Origin: the human T2T-CHM13v2.0 reference genome, Homo sapiens
Length of the DNA stretch: 64,000 bases
Assembly (NCBI RefSeq): GCF_009914755.1
Contig: NC_060934.1
Strand: one strand, 5' to 3'
The notes under the pieces are model-generated. The model did no database searches. It was not told the DNA's origin and saw only the letters and a program-made list of their open reading frames with translations. Position numbers and translations under genes: made by a program. Below, in pieces: positions 52,654 through 64,000 of the stretch; positions within the stretch are counted from its first letter, which is position 1, and every line of letters starts with the position of its first letter.

Positions 52654-53561
52654 CTTATTTAAGTCCTACTATGTGGCAGACAGCATTCTAGGCACAGAGG
52701 AGACGGCAGTGAATCAGGTCATGTCCCTGCCTTCGTGGATTCAGTATCTAAGTGGGGAGCAGACAAGCCTTACATCTACCCCCCACTTATTTTCAAGCCA
52801 CAAGCTTGTTTCCTGTGTCATTTGCAATACTTATTTGCCAGTTTTGATATATGCTGCCATGCCAAGCGGTGTGATTAAATTACAGTGTCGTCTAAACTTT
52901 CTATGATGTAACTGGATGTGTATTAACCAATTCGATCCTGGTCTTGAAGCCAGGCTTCGTTTGTAATCATTCAGTGCCTACTTGATGATCCTTCTATAGT
53001 TCAAGCATTCAATAGGGAAGACAGCGAATGGAGGCCAGTTCTTCACATTGCCTCACTCTTGCCCGTAGCCTCCTTTCCTGGGTGTTACTCCTCAGACGCT
53101 CTGCTGGCCCCTGCTGCTTCCTGCCCTGTTGTTTGTTTCTTCCTTTTGTTTCCTCCATCCAAAAGCCCCAATCTCACTGCAACATAGGGCTTTTTTTTTG
53201 GGCGGGGGGTACTTTGTCATATAGTTTTGTTTCCTTTTTTTTTTTTTAACCAGGTTAAAAAAGGGTGAATCAAACACTTTTCTCCTTCAGGTTCTCTTCA
53301 AGTCTGGTGTTAAGTTCTCTCAGTGGAGTAGGTATTTGTGAGGCCCAACAATACTTGGAAAGGTTTTATTCCTTAAGCTTGGTGGTAAGAACGTGGATGT
53401 TTGTTTTCTTTTACGCTGTTCGTCGTGTCTGAAATCTTTTGTAATAACTTAATGTTTTAATGTTCTGGTCTGATAACTTCTGGAGGAGTGGCAAAAGATG
53501 GATTATTAACAGCTAGTAGACGAATGCATGAAGACGTACGATGGAGGATGTCATTAGGTGT

Positions 53562-55870
<2,309 letters not shown>

Positions 55871-56321
55871 CCATGTAGCATTCTGTGGCCTCCTCCCAAT
55901 CCTGTGGAGGTGGCGGTTAAGGGAAGGAATAGTTTTACCAGGAGCAACTATTAAACATATGATAGAATGAATCATTGGAAACAATGGAAATATCTAACAC
56001 AGAGGAATTTAAATACACTGTTCTATAGCCATAATTGTTAGATATGCATAAATTGAACTATTCAGCCACTAAAAATCGTAATAAGGTTCTATATTGATAT
56101 GAAGAGACTTTCAAGACTTAAGTGAAAGAGGTAATTATTGTGAAAAAAATATGTAAGACACACACACTTTGGAAAAAAATGTCTGAAAGGTAGTATTATG
56201 AATGATTTTCAATTTTTCCATTAGGTTCTAATTGTTTTCCAAATTACTCCCCCATGGATTCTCTACAACGAACATGTGTTACTCGTGTGGTTTTTTTCTT
56301 AAGTTATTAGTATGTCAGTGA

Positions 56322-56715
<394 letters not shown>

Positions 56716-56739
56716 TGAGCTTTGGGTTATATTAATTAA

Positions 56740-57260
56740 TCCATTCAACCAATATTTAATCAGTATTTTCCATGGGTTGATAATTGTTTTAAGCTTTGGG
56801 AATACAACAATAAACAATAACAGATGAGAATCCCTGCCCTAGTAGAACTTTCTTTCTAGTGGGATATAAGATAATAAACAAGATAAAAGTATAAATTTCA
56901 TACTGTTTCTTAGGTAGTGAGTTGGATTTAAGACAGGTTGTGGTGTGGCCAGGCAAATAAGATGAGGTGAGAGGGGAAAGGGAGTTGAGGGTCTGATTAG
57001 AATTATTGACAGTAGAATGAATGAAAGCTAGACTGGGAAGGGGCGAAGGGCGCATGAGGGTGTAGGAACAGTGGATTGAAAACCAGGCAAAGGCTTGTTG
57101 GAATTGGTACTAACAGGAGGGATCTGTAAAGATATAGGTATTGGCTGGAGAGGGGATGTTTGGAAGTGAGATAATGGATAGGTTGTAGTAATTGTGAATG
57201 ACAAGGTCAATGGAGTGATCATAGAAGAGAGTGACTAAGTTAAGATTGAAAATATAAAAC
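56740..57260 (-). mobile_element. L2 fragments
   Basis: cattcaaccaatattta...tccctgccct. Confidence 0.6.
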
Positions 57261-57269
57261 ATGAGAAGA

Positions 57270-57700
57270 GACCTTTGCTTCTCCCTATGGTGGAGTAACA
57301 GGGCCCAGATTTTATGCCCTTTCCTTAACAAGGAAACTATGCAGAATATCCTGAAACAGTGGTTTTTAGACACTAGACAACAGGCAAGGCGGGAGAGAAG
57401 GCAGTGCTTGGGAGAAAAGTGAGCCCCCGTGATTGTCCCAGCTGACCGACTGGAGATCACAGGGCAAGGAGGGACAGGCTAAATGGAGCCCCACAGCCTC
57501 CCTGACGAAGGAGACAGAGTGGAGAATGTAAGGAAACCAAAGAGAGTAGAATTCCCAGAACCTTGGAAGAATGCACTGCACACCTCCCAGAGAAATGCGG
57601 CGCATTCCTGAGTCTTCAGCAGAGTCCCGTCGAATGTGTGTGTGTGAGGAGACCACCAAGGCTGCTGAAAAATAAGGGATGGCCTTGGAGTCCCGGGCTT
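57270..57700 (+). mobile_element. Ancient L1M 5' UTR fragment
   Basis: atggtggagtaacaggg...gtgagcccccgtgattgtcccagct...cagcagagt...tgtgtgtgagga resembles L1M4/MD 5' ends. Confidence 0.6.
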
Positions 57701-58108
57701 CTTGTGGTGAGTCGATGAAATTAGTCCTGATGGTGCTAAGACAGACAATAATGGAGAGGCTGTGAGTATTGAGGGGCAGGGGGAGGAGTGGTCTTACCCG
57801 AAACGCCAGAGTTCTGGCGCTTTCGCTCGATTTTGACAATGAGTGAGACCTGTAGGGTGATAGTCTTGCTCCCACAGTTCCCTCTTGACTTCTGCTGCTT
57901 CCCTTGACTCCTGCTGTAGGAAACAGAGTCCTGCCGAGAGTTGGACTTCATTGTTAATCATCCGGGTTAAAGGGCAACATTGTCGGTGTTCTCCTTTTTC
58001 TATGGACTCTTTCCCCCAGAATACAACTCTATGGTTTCAAAACAGGAGTCATTGAACAAAATATTTTCTAGCAAATTTTTGAGAAAATACTGGTTCCTAG
58101 AGGTAAGA
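57390..58108 (+). promoter_or_regulatory. Candidate alternative promoter / first exon
   Basis: 18 CpG in ~600 bp, G-rich box, strong donor GAG|GTAAGA at 58102/58103. Confidence 0.35.
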
Positions 58109-58698
58109 ATTACTTCTGCCGTGTATGTGTGAATATATATGTGTGTATGTATATGTAGTAATCTTAGCCAAAGATAGTTGCCTATGGTTAGATCAATTCC
58201 TGGTAAAGAAGGTTTTGAAGGCCAAATTAGAATTCTTTAAGGTCAGAGAGAGTTCTGTTCATCTTTGATGAATGTGTTTAAGTGAGACGTGGCATTCTGA
58301 GTGAGTGAAAGCGTCATAGGAATTTCATCATGGGACTGAAGCAGCCACAATTCTGACTTCTTATATAAACAGACCTGTGAAACTGCAGTTTCTACCGCGT
58401 CAGCTGGGCGTGCTGATTTGGAACTTTTTCTTAGGGTTTGTAGTTGTTGAGATGACCTTTTAGATTTTGGATCAGGTTAGGAAATGATAGTAATAGAAGG
58501 TTCTTAGTAAGTTAGTCATTATTTCATATGCCAAGCATTGTGCTGAGTATTTTATATGTAATTTATTTAATCTTCAAAGCAGCTCTTTGAGGAAGATCCT
58601 ATCATACTTTTTTTCCTGTGTTTAAACTCTTTCTTCTTCATCCCCTATTGTCAGCTGGTGACCTTATAGACAAGGTGTCCCCCTGCTATGGTCTGGAT

Positions 58699-58893
58699 CC
58701 AGTGATGTTAGAACTGGATCCTATACCGGCTTAAAAAACTGATTGTGCTTATCTCTTTCCAACTCTGTTTAGTGACACTGTTAATAACTTGGGATCAGCC
58801 ATGGTAGGAATACTTACACCATGGAAATTGCCAAATGCTACAAATCAGCTTTTTCCAGAGAGCTGGCTGTTAAACTTTTATCATCACACCACC
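58699..58893 (+). mobile_element. MER63A-like hAT-Blackjack
   Basis: tacaccatggaaattgccaaatgctacaaatcag motif. Confidence 0.75.
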
Positions 58894-58930
58894 TTCTGGG
58901 TCCTCTCCTGTCTTACCCTTAGTTGATTCA

Positions 58931-59977
<1,047 letters not shown>

Positions 59978-60069
59978 TTTCCATTAAACAACAAAGTCAG
60001 CAAAAGGATGGAATCATTAAAAATTATATATACCCTAAATATTATTTTGAAATAAAACAAATTTGCAAT

Positions 60070-61835
<1,766 letters not shown>

Positions 61836-62120
61836 TGAAGTAGGACCCAGGCATTTTCTTTGAGTTGGGCTTACTGATTCGTGTTTCATACAATAGTGCA
61901 TGAATCACATCCGTAGTATATCTTCTCTAAGTTATCCAAATCTTCTCTAAATCTGAGTTTTCACTTCAAGTGGAACAAGCAATGCAAAGCATTTTCAAAG
62001 CAATACAAGTGCAGAATCTTCCTAGATCTGTTTTCTCTTACCCCCTCCTAATTCAACAGCAGGGATTTTTTTGTTTAACAGCCTGCTTTTACTGATTCTT
62101 TCTGAAAGATTCATCATATT

Positions 62121-62477
62121 TGCTGTGGGTTGAATGTGTCTCACAAAGTTCATGTGGCGAAACTTAATCTCCAATGCAAACACTGGGAGATGGGGGTCTA
62201 ATAAGAGGTGATTGGGTCATCAGGTTCCTCGTGAATGGATTGGTGTCATTATGTAGTTAGGTTAGTTACTGTGAGAATGGGCTTGTTATAGGAGCAAGTT
62301 CAGTCCCCTCTTGCTCTCTTGCCCTTCTGCCATGGGATGACACAGCATGAAGGCCCTTGCCAGATGTGGGCCCCTCAATCTTGCACTTCCCAGCCTCCAA
62401 ACTGTAAGAAATCTGTTCTTCATAAATTAACCTGTCTTGGGTATTGTGATGTAGCAGCACAAAATGGACTGAGACAG
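62121..62477 (+). mobile_element. MSTC/D MaLR solo LTR
   Basis: tgctgtgggttgaatgtgtc...gcagcacaaaatggactgagaca. Confidence 0.88.
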
Positions 62478-62572
62478 TGTCCGTAGAAACAACTTTTCTA
62501 TTCTCTTAAGTTTTTATAATACTTAAATTACATAATTGCAGCATCAAGTACAAATGTCATAAATATTTTTGG

Positions 62573-62882
62573 AGGCTGGGAGTAGTGGCTCATGCCTGTA
62601 ATCCCAGCACTTTGGGAGGCCAAGGCGGGTGGATCGCTTGAGCTCAGGAGTTTGAGACCAGTCTGGGAAACACGGCAAAACTGTGTCTCTACAAAAAATA
62701 CAAAAATTTAGCTGGGCATGGTTGCACATACCTGTAGTCTCAGCTACTCAAGAGGCTGAGGTGAGAGAATTGCTGGAGCCCAGGAGGTCAAGGTTGCAGT
62801 GAGCTGTGATCGTGCCACTGCACTCTAGCCTTAGGGACAGAGTGAGACCTTGTCTTCAAAAAAAAAAAAAAAAAAAAAAAAG
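62573..62882 (+). mobile_element. AluJ
   Basis: Alu dimer with long A tail. Confidence 0.95.
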
Positions 62883-63620
62883 GTTTGGAAACAGAAATAA
62901 CCAATTCTTAGTAAAATTTCTACTTAATCCAGGGGAGTTTAGAATGCAGAGTACTAGATAGCAGTCTATTAGACAAAAGCATTCAGTGTGCTGTGGGCCT
63001 CAGTCAGTGTGTTCTACAGGGAGAATGGAGTGTGTTCATTAGCACATTGTTACATGGAGGTCAGTTAAGAGAAGAGTCTAACATGTTGTAATTTTCCTTG
63101 CCTGTCTTCCTTGGTCGACTTCCAGTTCCTTGACAGTAAGGAAATCAGTCTTGTATGTGTTTGAGTTTAATCGCTGGTGCATGGTACAGTGCTTAGCATA
63201 TAGTGAGTGCTCAAGAAAAATACTTGTTGAATGAATTCATGACTGGCCATATTGACCTCAAGTGAATTCTAATCATAAACATGGAAACCTTTGCAATATC
63301 TTTAAAAATGTCAAGGTTGGTATGGCCATTGCACATAATTTATTATTTCATTGGCTTTTCCCCTTCTCATTCCCTCAGTCTTTGAGTCTTTCTCTGCTCT
63401 GTGCCAACTTCCTTCAATTTATTGTGTATTACAAGCTACCTGTGTTTATTATCATTCCAGTTTCCTGACAAAGATGCAAAAAGAATGTGTAGCAGTTTGG
63501 CTGCAATGGCGCTCTGCCCAAAGAGAGATGAGATTCTTAGGAAAATACAAAGTAGTTCCTTAGTTCTCTATTCTAGAGCTTAACCAATCCCAGGAACTGA
63601 AGTCTTCTGTTTCTTCACAG

Positions 63621-63715
63621 AGGAAATATGACAAAGGCAGTGGCTGTACAAGCTTCCTTCATGGGCCGCCCTCCCCACTGCCTCATCCAGTAAGCGGGAG
63701 CAACTACTTCTAGAG
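63621..63715 (+). other. Candidate non-coding (UTR) exon
   Basis: Branch-like CTTAAC, acceptor tcttctgtttcttcacag, donor GAG|GTGAGA; stops in all three frames. Confidence 0.3.
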
Positions 63716-64000
63716 GTGAGAGGGGAGGGAGGACAATCTCCATAACCCATTCGATGCACCCAGCTGCAAAATTTTGGTATTGAGAAACTGAGCAAACAAT
63801 TTGTAGAGTTGCTATATTGAACTTTAAAGCAAAATAAGCCTACATAGGATTGAATGCTCAGGTGATACAAATGATGGTCTTTGATAGAAGCCTACAATCT
63901 ATATTTTGAAAGAAGCTACTTATAGCTGTATAATTCCAATAATCCCAAGATCCTGTTTCTATAGATATTAAAAGGTATTATGCATGTACATTTGAGATGA

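Noticed and set aside
53278-53337. Possible 41-nt exon (ttttctccttcag...TAG|gtattt) in the insert
   Set aside because: Weak donor and no recognisable reading frame.
53455-53560. Minus-strand peptide NNPSFATPPEVIRPEH resembling the cytochrome b/petD PEWY-loop region
   Set aside because: Short, lacks WY, followed by stops and has no flanking similarity. Probably chance, so not called a NUMT without a search.

Overview
Primate (most likely human or hominoid) non-coding genomic DNA. About 70 Alu/FLAM pieces (roughly 30% of the window) sit in older L1M, L2, MIR, CR1, MaLR and DNA-transposon remnants. There is also a MER11 solo LTR, a 5'-truncated 7SL retropseudogene and a tailless U2 snRNA retropseudogene. 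I can support no protein-coding exon: the listed ORFs are Alu, L1 or simple-repeat artefacts. The layout fits the inside of a large intron, probably of a + strand gene that I cannot name. The most unusual signal is a set of locally templated DNA copies: a 53-bp exact copy, a 213-bp copy at 98% identity, and a three-copy ancient segment. There is also a 99-bp duplication flanking an unidentified ~0.8-kb CpG-retaining insert, next to a perfect 25-bp inverted repeat. Other points of interest are a 22-nt poly(A)-tailed micro-insert, a 585-bp polypyrimidine minisatellite, and a candidate alternative promoter/first exon and UTR exon. Repeat family names come from remembered consensus sequences, and repeat boundaries are approximate.
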